Virus record (IMG/VR): IMGVR_UViG_3300050498_000431
Location: 1 to 62,798 of that record
DNA length: 62,798 bases
Reading direction: 5' to 3' (one strand)
Origin: a virus
Lineage: Duplodnaviria; Caudoviricetes
Shown piece after piece: positions 9,710 through 19,585 of this stretch. The notes under the pieces are model-generated. The model searched no databases and had not been told where the DNA came from. It worked only from the letters and a program-made list of their open reading frames with translations. The position numbers and the translations under genes were made by a program. Position 1 is the first letter of the stretch. Every line of letters starts with the position of its first letter.

Positions 9710-10657
9710 CTAATTGGTCGCTATAACCTGGTGCTTTCCGTCCGTTTGTGAATAGGACAAGCCAATATCAAACCACCCCATTCCTGCGGCCGTGGCGGGG
9801 CAGGTCATGGCAAGGGGAATATTGGGCGACGGCAAAAAGCCCGCCGTACTCAACGTCAACACCTGCGCGTTAGTGCACCGCAAGCTAATCCGCGTCAGCG
9901 TGCCATCCGTCACTGTGCCACTCATGGTGATCGTGAGCGTTCCGGCCGCCCCGGTCATGGTGTAGCGGCACAGGGCGGCAATCTGTGCATTGCAGTTCAG
10001 GGTCGTGGCTGTCCCCGTACTCGTCGTCACGCCCCGCCCGACGCCCTGGGTCGTCGCCACGGAGCCATACTTGGCGGACACCGCATTAAAGATGACCTTG
10101 ACCCGATCCGTCCGTGTGCCGTCCCCGGTGGTGGTGCTCGGCAGTGGAATGCCGTTTTCGGTGGTATAGATCGCGTGCCAGGTCAGCGCCCGGGGCGTGG
10201 TGGACTTGAACCGAAACGAAAGCTCCTGCTCCTCGGTGGGATTCCCCCCGGTCCCGATGGGCGCGTTAATCGTCAGATCCCCGGTAATGCCATCGACCAG
10301 GACGACGTCGGTCGTGTCGAGATTGGGCGTAATGGATAAGGGGCTTCCCGCTGGGGTATAGGCGACGGCCTTGGGCACGGCCTGCTTATTGGTGACTTTT
10401 TGGGCGCCTGCGAGCGTCACCACGCTGCTGCCATCGACCAGCGTGGCCAACGACACGGCCGCACACACGGCCGTCCCATCAGGGCGAAAGCCGCTCACAA
10501 AGTTATTCGTGCCGCAGTTGGCGAGCGTGCCCGCCCGGAGCTTGTTCAGGCGGATATTGCTGGCGTGCATACGCCCACCGAGTTGCTGGGCCTCACTCAG
10601 GGTGAACGTACCACTGGTGAAGAGGAGGAGCAAACAGAGCAGGCCTCGTCGCATCAT
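9710..10657 (-). CDS. exported fibre-like protein with two related C-terminal beta modules
   Basis: MMRRGLLCLLLLFTSGTFTLSEA signal peptide; Thr/Gly-rich, phage fibre-like composition. Confidence 0.6.
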   Translation of the reverse strand: MMRRGLLCLLLLFTSGTFTLSEAQQLGGRMHASNIRLNKLRAGTLANCGTNNFVSGFRPDGTAVCAAVSLATLVDGSSVVTLAGAQKVTNKQAVPKAVAYTPAGSPLSITPNLDTTDVVLVDGITGDLTINAPIGTGGNPTEEQELSFRFKSTTPRALTWHAIYTTENGIPLPSTTTGDGTRTDRVKVIFNAVSAKYGSVATTQGVGRGVTTSTGTATTLNCNAQIAALCRYTMTGAAGTLTITMSGTVTDGTLTRISLRCTNAQVLTLSTAGFLPSPNIPLAMTCPATAAGMGWFDIGLSYSQTDGKHQVIATN

Positions 10658-10682
10658 CAACACCCCCATAGGACAATACAAA

Positions 10683-11180
10683 CTAAAACTCACCACAGCT
10701 CACAATAAGATTGATCCGCGTCGCCGCCGTGAGCGCCGTCGCATAGGTGGCCTGGAGCGTATCGCCCGTCGCCAATTGAATATAGGGATTGCCGTCGCTA
10801 TCGAGCGGCAAGCCCGGCCAGAGCGTCGGCGCCAGCAGATTGAGGGGCGGCGTCCCATTGAGAAAGCCCTGACTGACGGTGGTAGCCGCCGCCACCCCGC
10901 CGAACCGGATGCCCCCACTCACCACCTGCACGGTCACGAGATGGGTGACTGTCCCGTCATCCGTGGTGAGCCACATGGCATTACAGCGCGCGCCGTTGGT
11001 CCCGGCCGTGTAGAGTGTTTTGTAGGTCCCGGCGGTATCGGTGCCCTGGAGAAACTGCACCTTGCCCACCGTGGGCGTCTGCATAAAGACTGGACTATTG
11101 GGCGTCACCGCCGCCCAGCTCGGCCCCGCCAGGACGGTCCCGAGCAGGGCCAGGAAGCCCACGAGTCGTCGCCTGTACAT
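10683..11180 (-). CDS. exported hypothetical protein (fibre-associated beta-sandwich?)
   Basis: MYRRRLVGFLALLGTVLAGPSWA signal peptide; GGAGGG RBS. Confidence 0.65.
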   Translation of the reverse strand: MYRRRLVGFLALLGTVLAGPSWAAVTPNSPVFMQTPTVGKVQFLQGTDTAGTYKTLYTAGTNGARCNAMWLTTDDGTVTHLVTVQVVSGGIRFGGVAAATTVSQGFLNGTPPLNLLAPTLWPGLPLDSDGNPYIQLATGDTLQATYATALTAATRINLIVSCGEF

Positions 11181-11181
11181 C

Positions 11182-11655
11182 CTAGAGCCCTCCTGCATGA
11201 GCATGGGCACTGAGGGCCGTCGTGGCGGTCACAAAGGCCGGCACCCCGCCGCCCCCCGATCCGCCGCCGCCCCCCGGTCCCCCGCCCGTGAGTTGCATGT
11301 TGGTCCCGTCATAGCAGACCGTGATGATCTGCCCATTCGCTACATCATTGGCGGCGAGGTCCGTTGCCACCGTTGCCACAAATTTCTTCAACGTCTTCGG
11401 GCCGCGCCCATTGATATTGAGCGTCGCGGCGCCCGTCACGGTATGATTCGCGGCGAACATAAAGCACTGATTGGTCACATAGGCCGCGATGGCCGGGTTG
11501 AGTGTCAGGACAAATGCATTGCCGCTCCCCGTCGCGGTCCCGGCATTAATCGTGCCCGCCACCGTCAGGTTACTGTTAAAAAACTGACCTTGTGCCCAGG
11601 CAGGCACGCTCCAGAGTCCCAGGAGTACCAGGGCCAGTCCTGCGACCTTCATCAT
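11182..11655 (-). CDS. exported tail-fibre-like domain protein
   Basis: MMKVAGLALVLLGLWSVPAWA signal peptide; ATLNINGRG-x-K...YDGTN motif common in phage fibres; ATGA overlap with the S74 fibre gene. Confidence 0.65.
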   Translation of the reverse strand: MMKVAGLALVLLGLWSVPAWAQGQFFNSNLTVAGTINAGTATGSGNAFVLTLNPAIAAYVTNQCFMFAANHTVTGAATLNINGRGPKTLKKFVATVATDLAANDVANGQIITVCYDGTNMQLTGGGPGGGGGSGGGGVPAFVTATTALSAHAHAGGL

Positions 11656-13145
11656 GCTGCACCTCCTTGTGCTGTGAGGGCTTCGAGCACCGTCACGCGC
11701 TCGGCGAGCGCCTCCTTGTCCTGGCGCGCCGTCTCCAGGAGCTGGCATACCGTTTTGAGCGCATTGAGGAGCAGGTACGGGAGGGCCTCGGTATCGAGGG
11801 CCAGGAGGTCCGTCTCCTCACTGTTGGGCGTCAGCACGCCCCGACGACTTGTGACCATATAGGGGGCCACAGCCTGTACAGCTTGCGCCCGGAGGCCGAT
11901 ATGGCGCTGCTGCGTGATCGGGATTCCACCCTGGCCGTTATAGCGAAACCAGATGGGATCGAGCGCTAGGAGGACGTCGAGCCCCTCCAGAAACGGCTCG
12001 ATGTCCTTTTTGAGCCGTTCGTCCGAGGGACTCAGCCAACTGCCACCGCCGGGCTTCGTCGCGGTGCCCGTAATCGTCAGATTGCCGCTATTATCAGTCG
12101 TCTGGACAACACTGCCCGTTTTATTCAGGGTTTCGACCACTTCACCGCTGCCCATCTGGAGCAGGAGGGCGCCGTCATCACTCAAGACCCGCACAGCAGA
12201 GGCATTCGTCACCCCCGCATCCCGGATTTCAAAGTCGCTGCCGGTGATGGCGGTGGCTTTGACAATGAGGAGGCGACCGCTGGTGGGGGTAACAAACGTC
12301 ATCACGACATCATACGTGTTCGGATCGACCGTAATGGTGTTGGGCAGGAGGCTCTGCCGCGGGCTCCCGTTATCATAGACGGCGAAAAGGAGGGCCGCCG
12401 TCCCGAGCCCATGCGTGGCGCCGGGCACGCTGACCGTCGTGGCGCTGGTAAAGGTCGCCACAAACCGCGGGCCGGCCGCACTCACAATGATCGTCCCGCT
12501 CGCGGGCGTGACAAAGGTGACGCTCACGTCTGCGGTCGCGGGGGCAATACTGACGGGGACCTGCGTCAGGATATTCTGGTTGCCACTCACGGTATAGACG
12601 CGCACGAGCAGATCGGCGGTGCCGAGGGCATGCGTGCTACCGGGAATGCTGACGGTCGTTTGGTTCGTAAACGCCATCGTATATTGGGGACTCGGCGCGG
12701 CCAGGCTGATGACCCCGGTTTGCGGCGTAAGGAACGTAAAGGTGGCATCATACGTGAGGGTGTTGATGGCCACCGTATTGGGCTGAATGACCTGGCGCGG
12801 CGTCTCGGCATTGTACGCCTGGAAGAGGGGAGCGGCCGTGCCAAGGCGATGCGTGGTGCCCGCAATCGTGACGCTGGTCGTGGCATTGAAGGTGAAAAAG
12901 AGCGGGCTCTCGCCGCCGCCGGGCAAGAACTGTTGCAGGCGCGCCGCGAGGGAGCCAAACGTGCCTTGCGGATTCGTGCCGAGCGTCGTTTCAATGGCGA
13001 CGGTGGCCGCCAAGCTATCGTTGATGACCTCGGCATCCAACCTCGATGCCGAATCGGGGGCTATCGGCGCGGAATTGATAAACGTCTGCCGTGTATCGAT
13101 CGCTCCTGGAAATCCCGTGCCTATCCCCGCGCCGAGTTGGGCCAT
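11652..13145 (-). CDS. tail fibre with C-terminal peptidase S74 intramolecular chaperone
   Basis: SDERLKKDI autocleavage motif, GL-x-AQ-x-V and terminal coiled coil; three internal TH-x-LGTA...TF-x-TP repeats. Confidence 0.85.
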   Translation of the reverse strand: MAQLGAGIGTGFPGAIDTRQTFINSAPIAPDSASRLDAEVINDSLAATVAIETTLGTNPQGTFGSLAARLQQFLPGGGESPLFFTFNATTSVTIAGTTHRLGTAAPLFQAYNAETPRQVIQPNTVAINTLTYDATFTFLTPQTGVISLAAPSPQYTMAFTNQTTVSIPGSTHALGTADLLVRVYTVSGNQNILTQVPVSIAPATADVSVTFVTPASGTIIVSAAGPRFVATFTSATTVSVPGATHGLGTAALLFAVYDNGSPRQSLLPNTITVDPNTYDVVMTFVTPTSGRLLIVKATAITGSDFEIRDAGVTNASAVRVLSDDGALLLQMGSGEVVETLNKTGSVVQTTDNSGNLTITGTATKPGGGSWLSPSDERLKKDIEPFLEGLDVLLALDPIWFRYNGQGGIPITQQRHIGLRAQAVQAVAPYMVTSRRGVLTPNSEETDLLALDTEALPYLLLNALKTVCQLLETARQDKEALAERVTVLEALTAQGGAA

Positions 13146-13146
13146 T

Positions 13147-13473
13147 TTAGACCTGCCCTTTCTGGCCTTCGAGCGCCTCGACACGAACCGTGAGTGCGGC
13201 GACCTGTTCGACCAAGGCCTCTAGCGTCACGCCTGCGACGGCCACGAATGGTCCCTGCGACGGCATGGTGTGCGGACGCACGTCCTGCACGACTTGCTCT
13301 CCGAACACGCGCCACTGGTCCTGCATCCGCGAAGGCGGCACCTCGTCGCGGACCAGATACCCATAGCCAGGCTCGTCCGGGCCACGCTGTGCCTCGACAA
13401 AGGCCCGTGTGCTACTCTCCCAGAGCCCGACAATGAGGCCGTCGTCCGTGCGGTATTTGAGCAGATAGGGCAT
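13147..13473 (-). CDS. hypothetical tail-associated protein
   Basis: Translationally coupled between the tip and fibre genes; C-terminal coiled coil. Confidence 0.6.
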   Translation of the reverse strand: MPYLLKYRTDDGLIVGLWESSTRAFVEAQRGPDEPGYGYLVRDEVPPSRMQDQWRVFGEQVVQDVRPHTMPSQGPFVAVAGVTLEALVEQVAALTVRVEALEGQKGQV

Positions 13474-16400
13474 CAGCGCTGCCTCCGCAACCCGACCATC
13501 TTGATATGATCCGCCGCAACATTGTTGACACCCGTGCCGTTCATAAAGGTCGCCACAAAGGCTTTTGCCCCGAAATCACTCGGCGCCGTGTAGACCGCTT
13601 GCACGACCATGGTGGAGCGAAAATTGCCAATCATCTGGCCAAAGGTCAACTCGCCCCCGGCGACACTATCCTCGCGGATACGCAGATAACAGGCATCCGC
13701 ACTCGTGGCCACGCTGACGGTGGCGGTGAGCGTCATCCAGACCTGATCCCCGGCCTTCAGCTCAAACACGAGCGATGCGAGCGCGGTTTCACTCGTCGTC
13801 ACGCTCATGCCCACAATATCCGTATAGGACACACTGTTCGTCACGGCGTTGATGTAAATCTTCTCCGTGACCACGGCCGACGGGGCGATCCCGGGCGTTT
13901 GTGCCCCGGTCTCCGGGCTCCACATGAGCGAGCCATCCGGGTGGTAAATGAGGATGCTATAGTTGGTCGGTCCCGCCGCAATGCGCCCGATCCAGACGCG
14001 AATCGTGTTGTTGTCATCACGGACAATGATCTGGCGGTTCACACCATCGAGAGTAATGGGGGCAAACGACCCGGCAATCGGGCCGCCGAGCAGCAACTGG
14101 GCATTGATCGTGCCTGCAGTGATTTTATCGGCGCGCAGGTCGCTAATCTGGCTTGTAGTGACAATCTCCTCGGCAATTTGCGCGGTGCCCGTAATCAGGG
14201 CCGTATCGGTACGCAGATGGCCCGCATTGATGACGCCAGTTTTAATCCCGGCCGCCGTCACCCCTTCCGCATTCGCGTCAAACATGAGCCCGCCGATATT
14301 GTTAAAAATCTGAATGCCGTACTGATCCGACAGCGGCCCCAACTTCCCGAGCAACACGCGGTTATTGCCCAGATACTGATCCCGGATGACCATAAGACTA
14401 TTCGTGCCATCAATATAGACGCGATCGGCCACGCCAATACTCACGAGCGCGGTCAGTTGCCCCGTGAGGATTTTCGTGGCGACGAGCGAGCTAATATACG
14501 TGTCATCGAGTTGCCCGGCGACGGCCGTGACGCCCGCCGTCGGCGAGGCCGGGTGAAACGGCCCAATATTGCCCGAGGTATCGACGGGGCGAATCCAGTA
14601 ATAGGCCCGTTGGTTGGGGGCAAACCCGGTGTGTTCAAAGCTATAGCTGCCCTGGCCAATCACCCCGGCCGTACTGCGATCGTTGAGCCCGGACGTCCAG
14701 ACCTCACTGTAGTCGTAATCCAGATCGCCCGGCGGCGTCCACAGGAGGGCGATCTTTTGCACGGTGCCAATGGCATGCAGGTTCGCGGCCGCCGAGGGCG
14801 GCGTCCCATCGCGGCCGGTGGTAATGGAGACCTCGGGATCGGTAAACGCACTGAGGTTCGCCAGGCGATCAATCGAGGCGATCTTGGCAAAGACCGTGAC
14901 ATTGCCGGGGACAAAAATTTTATAGCTCGTATCAAAGCGCCCGGGCTGCACCACCGTGGGGATATTCGGCGAGGCCACGCGAAACACGAGTTGATAGCCG
15001 TTTAGATCCTCTTCCCCCTGGGCGTTCCAGTGGGCCATCACCCAGGTCATGACCGTCCCGTCGGCGCTGGCATCGGTGCCCGTGGTGAGAAACAGGCCCG
15101 TGGGGACGGCTGGCGGCGTATTGTCCAGTTTGTCTGCTGTGAGGGCGACGGGCGTAAAGGACGCGATCTGCGAACCCAGGCCGATGCCAAACGAATCATA
15201 GGGAATAATCTGGACGTAATACGTGAGGTCCGCAATCAGATCGGGAATGAGCAGCAGCTGGGTATCGGTACCCAACGTCTGGTTGGGGATGGTGGGCGGG
15301 TTGCCGGCATCGAGCAACACCAGAAAATGATCAAAATCCCTGGGGCGTACCCATTGTTTCCAATCCACGCGACCCGCCACAAAAAGCCCACTGGCTTCCG
15401 GCAAGATGTTACTCATGTCCGGGGGCGGATTGGTGACCACGATGACCGCCGGGTCGAGCGAGAGCAGTCCCGTATTCGTGACCGCCCACACCATAATTTG
15501 CAAGTCGCGCCGTGCCCCGGCGTAGCCGCTGCGAATCTGGTCTTCTTCGTTTTGCTGATGCGTGTATGTCCACTGCACGCTTTGGCCGACCGGGGCCAGC
15601 GCCGCGTTGAAGGCGCGCAGGAGGTACAGTTGGCCCGGTGCCCAGACCTGGACGACATAGAAGGCGACAAAGAACGTCTCGCTAAACAACGGGCTGTCGG
15701 CGACGCTATCCCACTCGACATGGAGGTCCCGCCCTTCCCAGATGCTCACTCCCACGGCTTGGCCCTGCAGGCGCAAGTTGCGCGGAGAGGCAGGGAAATA
15801 GCCCGGCGTCGTGGGACCGGCGACATGGATGACGGCCTCGCGCGCCCCGGCATTATTGGGGACGCCCAAGTACGAGATCGGCACGACGCGGTATTGATAC
15901 GTCGAACCACTAATGGCCGTATAGTCGTCCCAGTCCAGGACATGGCCCCGCACTTGAATGATCGGCGTATAGTTATAGTTGGGGTCATTCGGATCGCTAA
16001 TCGCCCCGGCGCCAATCGTGCCCGCCTGCACCTGGCCGAGTTGCCCCGTGGCCTCCAGCACGCGGCGCAAGATCATGGCCCCCCCATACGGGGCATAGCC
16101 ACTACTGAGGGGCGCCACATCCCACGAGAGATTAATCACGCGCAGGCTGGCCCCGCTCGTCTGAATCCGCGTCACTTCCGTGGCCACGAGACTGAGAAGC
16201 GGCGGCGGCGGGCCTTCCGGGTTAAAGAGCGTCGTAATGACAGGAAGCGGCGACGCCACGGCCTCATCATAGATACTGGGATTGTGAATCAGCGCTTCGA
16301 GGCTCACCGTCAAATCGCTTTTGCGCCGTAGCCCGGTCACGCGAAACGTGCGCGTATTGGCATTGGTCGTCAACGTGCCAAAGACGAAGGTCGAGGTGCG

Positions 16401-18758
16401 CGCGACGGGGAAGATGCTGAGCTGCGCGGCAAGATGGAGCGTGCGGGTCGGCCCCAACGTGATCGTGAGGACCTCGCGGGCTTCCAGCGTGTCATCTTCG
16501 TGGCGCACGTAGACCACATACGTGAGGTCCTGCTCAAAGAGGCAGTCCTCGTCGACCTCCAGGATGGCCGCATTGGAGCCCTCCTGAATGCGGCCTGACG
16601 TCCCCCACCCCGGGAGGGGATGGGCAAAGCGGAACAGATCGTGCATCTGTAACGGCAGCGCTTCGAGCGAACAGTCCATCTCCAGGAGGAGATTTTCAAA
16701 ACGCCGCCGATTCAGTTCATACTGGAGCGCCCGCATGATCCGGCTGGGCTTGGTCACCCCGCGCAAGTCAAAGCTGTGCTTATGGACCTCGGGGGGCCAC
16801 TGCGCCAGCGTCGGCCAGGTAATGACATCTTGCTCAAAGTCGTGTTCCTCACTGGCAAAGCGGGCTTCGAGCACGTTAATGGTATCCACGTCCTGAATAT
16901 AGGTGAGGCGCACATTACTGACCGACGTCCAGGACAGGAGACACGTCGGCAGTTCGTCCCGCGTCGGTCGCGGCGTCCACAGCCCCGCCGTTTTGAGGAG
17001 AATGCCGCGCGAGCCGCCCATGGTTTCCAAGAAAAACTGCTGCGCCCGCGTCTCGCGATCGAGGACATAGTTGAGCGTGTGGCGCCGCTCGCCCTGAATC
17101 TCTTGATCACAGTACGCGGCGTAGAGGGCAAAGGCCGTGAGGTCAATATCGCTATCCGGCACGCCCGTGCCATAGCGCCGATGGGTGAGCGCATCCAGGA
17201 CGCACCAGGCGGGATTGTCGGACCACGTTTCTGGGACGGCCAGCGAGCCCACGCGTACCTGACGGCCCCGTACCTCCACGGTGATATTGGGGAGGGCACC
17301 CCGCAAGGCATCGGTCGCCAGCGCCCGCAACCCGAGCCAGGCCGTATAGGGATACGCATAGGTATCGGGCACGTACTCGGTGACACTTTCCAGCACACTC
17401 TTATACCGGGCGCGGAGTTCGTCCGTGTTGCCGGCCCGCAGATGCTGGATCTGAATATCGTAGGACCGATACGGCAACCCCTCACGGCGTATGCCAATGC
17501 GTACCGTCGCCGTACGGTCGGCATTGACTTGGAAGACGGTCCAGGCCGACCACGCCCCCGAGCCTGCCGGGGCAAAGCGGTACTGGAGGACCACCGTATT
17601 GCTTTGTTTCTGCCCCTTCTCATCGAGAAAATACAAGCCCTCGGGCCAGGCCAGATTGAGGACAAAGGCATGGAGTGCGGCGTTCGAGGTATAAGTCAGG
17701 GGGCTTTCTCCGATGTCACGCCCGTCGGCAAACGTGTTGCGCGCGCCGCCAAACTCCGCAAAGGCTGGCTGATTGGCCGTGCCGACGCCGGTATAAACCT
17801 GGACGCCGGGGAAGTTGGCCAACGGTTGCCCATTAATCTGGATCGTGTCGGTCAAGATGGCGTCAATGGGGCCTTCACACAACGCGATCATCAGCGTTAG
17901 CGTGGGCGGATTCGTAATAGCCTGGTAGGTGCGTGAGCCCTGATTGTAGAGCATGGCCGTGCCGCCGCCCTGGTAGGGATGATTAATCCCTACGGCCCAC
18001 GAACTATCCAGGACAAAGGTATCGGCATCGCCCACATGAATCGCCCATGTGGTATTGACCTCGGTTTTACCCTCGACCCCCTGAATAAAGACGATCTGCC
18101 CGGTGACAAAGCCGTGATGAGGGGCCGTCACGTAGACAATGTCCGAGGGTTCCCCGTGCGTGACATTGATAATCGTGGCACTGTGGGCGGTGGTGCCATC
18201 ATCCACGACGACGGCCGCTTGATCCACGGTCGCCAGGAGGAGTTGCCCGCCAATGCGGTGGCGCCCATAGACAACCGGGACCACCGCGCCCGGGCCAATG
18301 GCCGTGCGAATCCCTTCAAAGCTAAAGGTGCGTTCGGTTTCCCCGCTCATCTGGTTTTGGTGGGGAAGCATGAGGGGCTTCGGGCGAAAGAGGAAATGGG
18401 AGGCGGCCGAGACAGCCAGGCCAATGAGGATCGGCACGAGGATTTCAAGAATCCCGCCGGTAATACCCCACGTCGGCCAGAGCCAGATCTCATCCCCGGC
18501 TTGTGGGACATAGCGCGCGTAATGCTCGGGCAGGATCGTGGCCCCGTTCACCGTCACATGGCGCAGGGCTTCCCCCTCGGGCAGATAGGCGTCGAGCGCA
18601 TCGCCGGCCGGGAACACCTCGCGTTGCACGCGCAAGTGTCCATCGGCTGCCCGCAAGGGCGACAGCACCAGGATACAGGTGACGGTGCCTACAGGAGCCG
18701 CCGCAACCGCGCCATTTGGAGCAGCCACGGCCGCCAGAGCCGCATCAATTGCACGCAT
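13473..18758 (-). CDS. tail tip / host-specificity protein (lambda gpJ-like) with fused N-terminal gpI-like region
   Basis: VPVVYGRHRIGG, ALCEGPI and WSDNPAWCVLD motifs, FN3-like repeats and I-x-A-x-KI-x-AG coiled-coil repeats; exact start uncertain. Confidence 0.88.
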   Translation of the reverse strand: MRAIDAALAAVAAPNGAVAAAPVGTVTCILVLSPLRAADGHLRVQREVFPAGDALDAYLPEGEALRHVTVNGATILPEHYARYVPQAGDEIWLWPTWGITGGILEILVPILIGLAVSAASHFLFRPKPLMLPHQNQMSGETERTFSFEGIRTAIGPGAVVPVVYGRHRIGGQLLLATVDQAAVVVDDGTTAHSATIINVTHGEPSDIVYVTAPHHGFVTGQIVFIQGVEGKTEVNTTWAIHVGDADTFVLDSSWAVGINHPYQGGGTAMLYNQGSRTYQAITNPPTLTLMIALCEGPIDAILTDTIQINGQPLANFPGVQVYTGVGTANQPAFAEFGGARNTFADGRDIGESPLTYTSNAALHAFVLNLAWPEGLYFLDEKGQKQSNTVVLQYRFAPAGSGAWSAWTVFQVNADRTATVRIGIRREGLPYRSYDIQIQHLRAGNTDELRARYKSVLESVTEYVPDTYAYPYTAWLGLRALATDALRGALPNITVEVRGRQVRVGSLAVPETWSDNPAWCVLDALTHRRYGTGVPDSDIDLTAFALYAAYCDQEIQGERRHTLNYVLDRETRAQQFFLETMGGSRGILLKTAGLWTPRPTRDELPTCLLSWTSVSNVRLTYIQDVDTINVLEARFASEEHDFEQDVITWPTLAQWPPEVHKHSFDLRGVTKPSRIMRALQYELNRRRFENLLLEMDCSLEALPLQMHDLFRFAHPLPGWGTSGRIQEGSNAAILEVDEDCLFEQDLTYVVYVRHEDDTLEAREVLTITLGPTRTLHLAAQLSIFPVARTSTFVFGTLTTNANTRTFRVTGLRRKSDLTVSLEALIHNPSIYDEAVASPLPVITTLFNPEGPPPPLLSLVATEVTRIQTSGASLRVINLSWDVAPLSSGYAPYGGAMILRRVLEATGQLGQVQAGTIGAGAISDPNDPNYNYTPIIQVRGHVLDWDDYTAISGSTYQYRVVPISYLGVPNNAGAREAVIHVAGPTTPGYFPASPRNLRLQGQAVGVSIWEGRDLHVEWDSVADSPLFSETFFVAFYVVQVWAPGQLYLLRAFNAALAPVGQSVQWTYTHQQNEEDQIRSGYAGARRDLQIMVWAVTNTGLLSLDPAVIVVTNPPPDMSNILPEASGLFVAGRVDWKQWVRPRDFDHFLVLLDAGNPPTIPNQTLGTDTQLLLIPDLIADLTYYVQIIPYDSFGIGLGSQIASFTPVALTADKLDNTPPAVPTGLFLTTGTDASADGTVMTWVMAHWNAQGEEDLNGYQLVFRVASPNIPTVVQPGRFDTSYKIFVPGNVTVFAKIASIDRLANLSAFTDPEVSITTGRDGTPPSAAANLHAIGTVQKIALLWTPPGDLDYDYSEVWTSGLNDRSTAGVIGQGSYSFEHTGFAPNQRAYYWIRPVDTSGNIGPFHPASPTAGVTAVAGQLDDTYISSLVATKILTGQLTALVSIGVADRVYIDGTNSLMVIRDQYLGNNRVLLGKLGPLSDQYGIQIFNNIGGLMFDANAEGVTAAGIKTGVINAGHLRTDTALITGTAQIAEEIVTTSQISDLRADKITAGTINAQLLLGGPIAGSFAPITLDGVNRQIIVRDDNNTIRVWIGRIAAGPTNYSILIYHPDGSLMWSPETGAQTPGIAPSAVVTEKIYINAVTNSVSYTDIVGMSVTTSETALASLVFELKAGDQVWMTLTATVSVATSADACYLRIREDSVAGGELTFGQMIGNFRSTMVVQAVYTAPSDFGAKAFVATFMNGTGVNNVAADHIKMVGLRRQR

Positions 18759-19072
18759 ACGTTTAGTGTCTCACCCGTATGAACGATCTGCCGCTGATCT
18801 ACGACAACGCCGACATGGCTCGACGCCAGGCCGTTACTCCGCAAAATCCAGATGTCCCATGGCTGGCTCAGCGCGACAGGATCACGCGGATCGTCACGCC
18901 ACCAGATTTCTTGCACTTGGGCGGCAGCCGCCGCCGGGTCCGCGTCCAGATCAATGCCCCAGCCTTGCCCAAAGAGGCGCCGCAATAATTGCCAACAATC
19001 GCATTGCGCATAGGGCAGACCCAATAAGGGCTTTACCAAGGGCTCAATCTCAGGAATAACCACATCTATCAT
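18689..19072 (-). CDS. NlpC/P60-family tail assembly protein (lambda gpK-like)
   Basis: LLGLPY...DCWQL...HVGV...IVH catalytic Cys/His pattern; position between L-like and J-like genes. Confidence 0.8.
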   Translation of the reverse strand: MIDVVIPEIEPLVKPLLGLPYAQCDCWQLLRRLFGQGWGIDLDADPAAAAAQVQEIWWRDDPRDPVALSQPWDIWILRSNGLASSHVGVVVDQRQIVHTGETLNVCVQLMRLWRPWLLQMARLRRLL

Positions 19073-19081
19073 AGTCAGTTT

Positions 19082-19585
19082 CTAATTCAGCCTTCGAGGG
19101 ATGTTCGGGTAGCCACCACTCTGGGTATAGCGTCGCTTCGGTATCGTGCCCGTGAGCGTAATCCCCTCGGCCTGGAGGTCGACGACCGCCGTGAGAAAGT
19201 CCGTCGCCACCTGTACCACCTGAAAGACTTCGCCCGCGCCAAAGGGCGTCGCGTCGGGCTGCTGCGTATCAATGGGCCAGATCGTTACAATCCAACTCTC
19301 CCGGCCCCAATAGTGCTCCAGTAACGAGATAAACGCCTGATCCACATTACCCACTGTGGCCCGGAGGCGCACGAGGGATTGACTCGTGGCGTCTTCGAGG
19401 GCGTCCACGTCCACGCTATAGCGTAAATAAGGAATGCCGTGAAAGAGAACGTCCTGGTCATAGTTCACCAAGCGATACGGGACGGGGGCGCCGGGAATAA
19501 ATACTTCAAAAAGCCACGTGATGACGTGATCGGAGTGCAACTGGTTCTTTTCTCGGACCAGCGCTGCTGAGAGAATGCGTGGCAT
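19082..19585 (-). CDS. minor tail protein (lambda gpL / DUF1833-like)
   Basis: RLVNYDQDV-x-F-x-G-x2-Y and GNVD motifs; synteny. Confidence 0.7.
   Translation of the reverse strand: MPRILSAALVREKNQLHSDHVITWLFEVFIPGAPVPYRLVNYDQDVLFHGIPYLRYSVDVDALEDATSQSLVRLRATVGNVDQAFISLLEHYWGRESWIVTIWPIDTQQPDATPFGAGEVFQVVQVATDFLTAVVDLQAEGITLTGTIPKRRYTQSGGYPNIPRRLN

Noticed and set aside
16389-16421. Possible self-target of array unit 46705-46759 in the tail tip gene under an NNx code
   Set aside because: Only 16 of 22 positions match by hand; a rough estimate says such a match is expected by chance given about 30 units and both strands of 63 kb. I did not search exhaustively for self-targets.
3057-18758. Diversity-generating retroelement acting on fibre genes
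   Set aside because: No reverse transcriptase and no near-identical TR/VR pair was seen.
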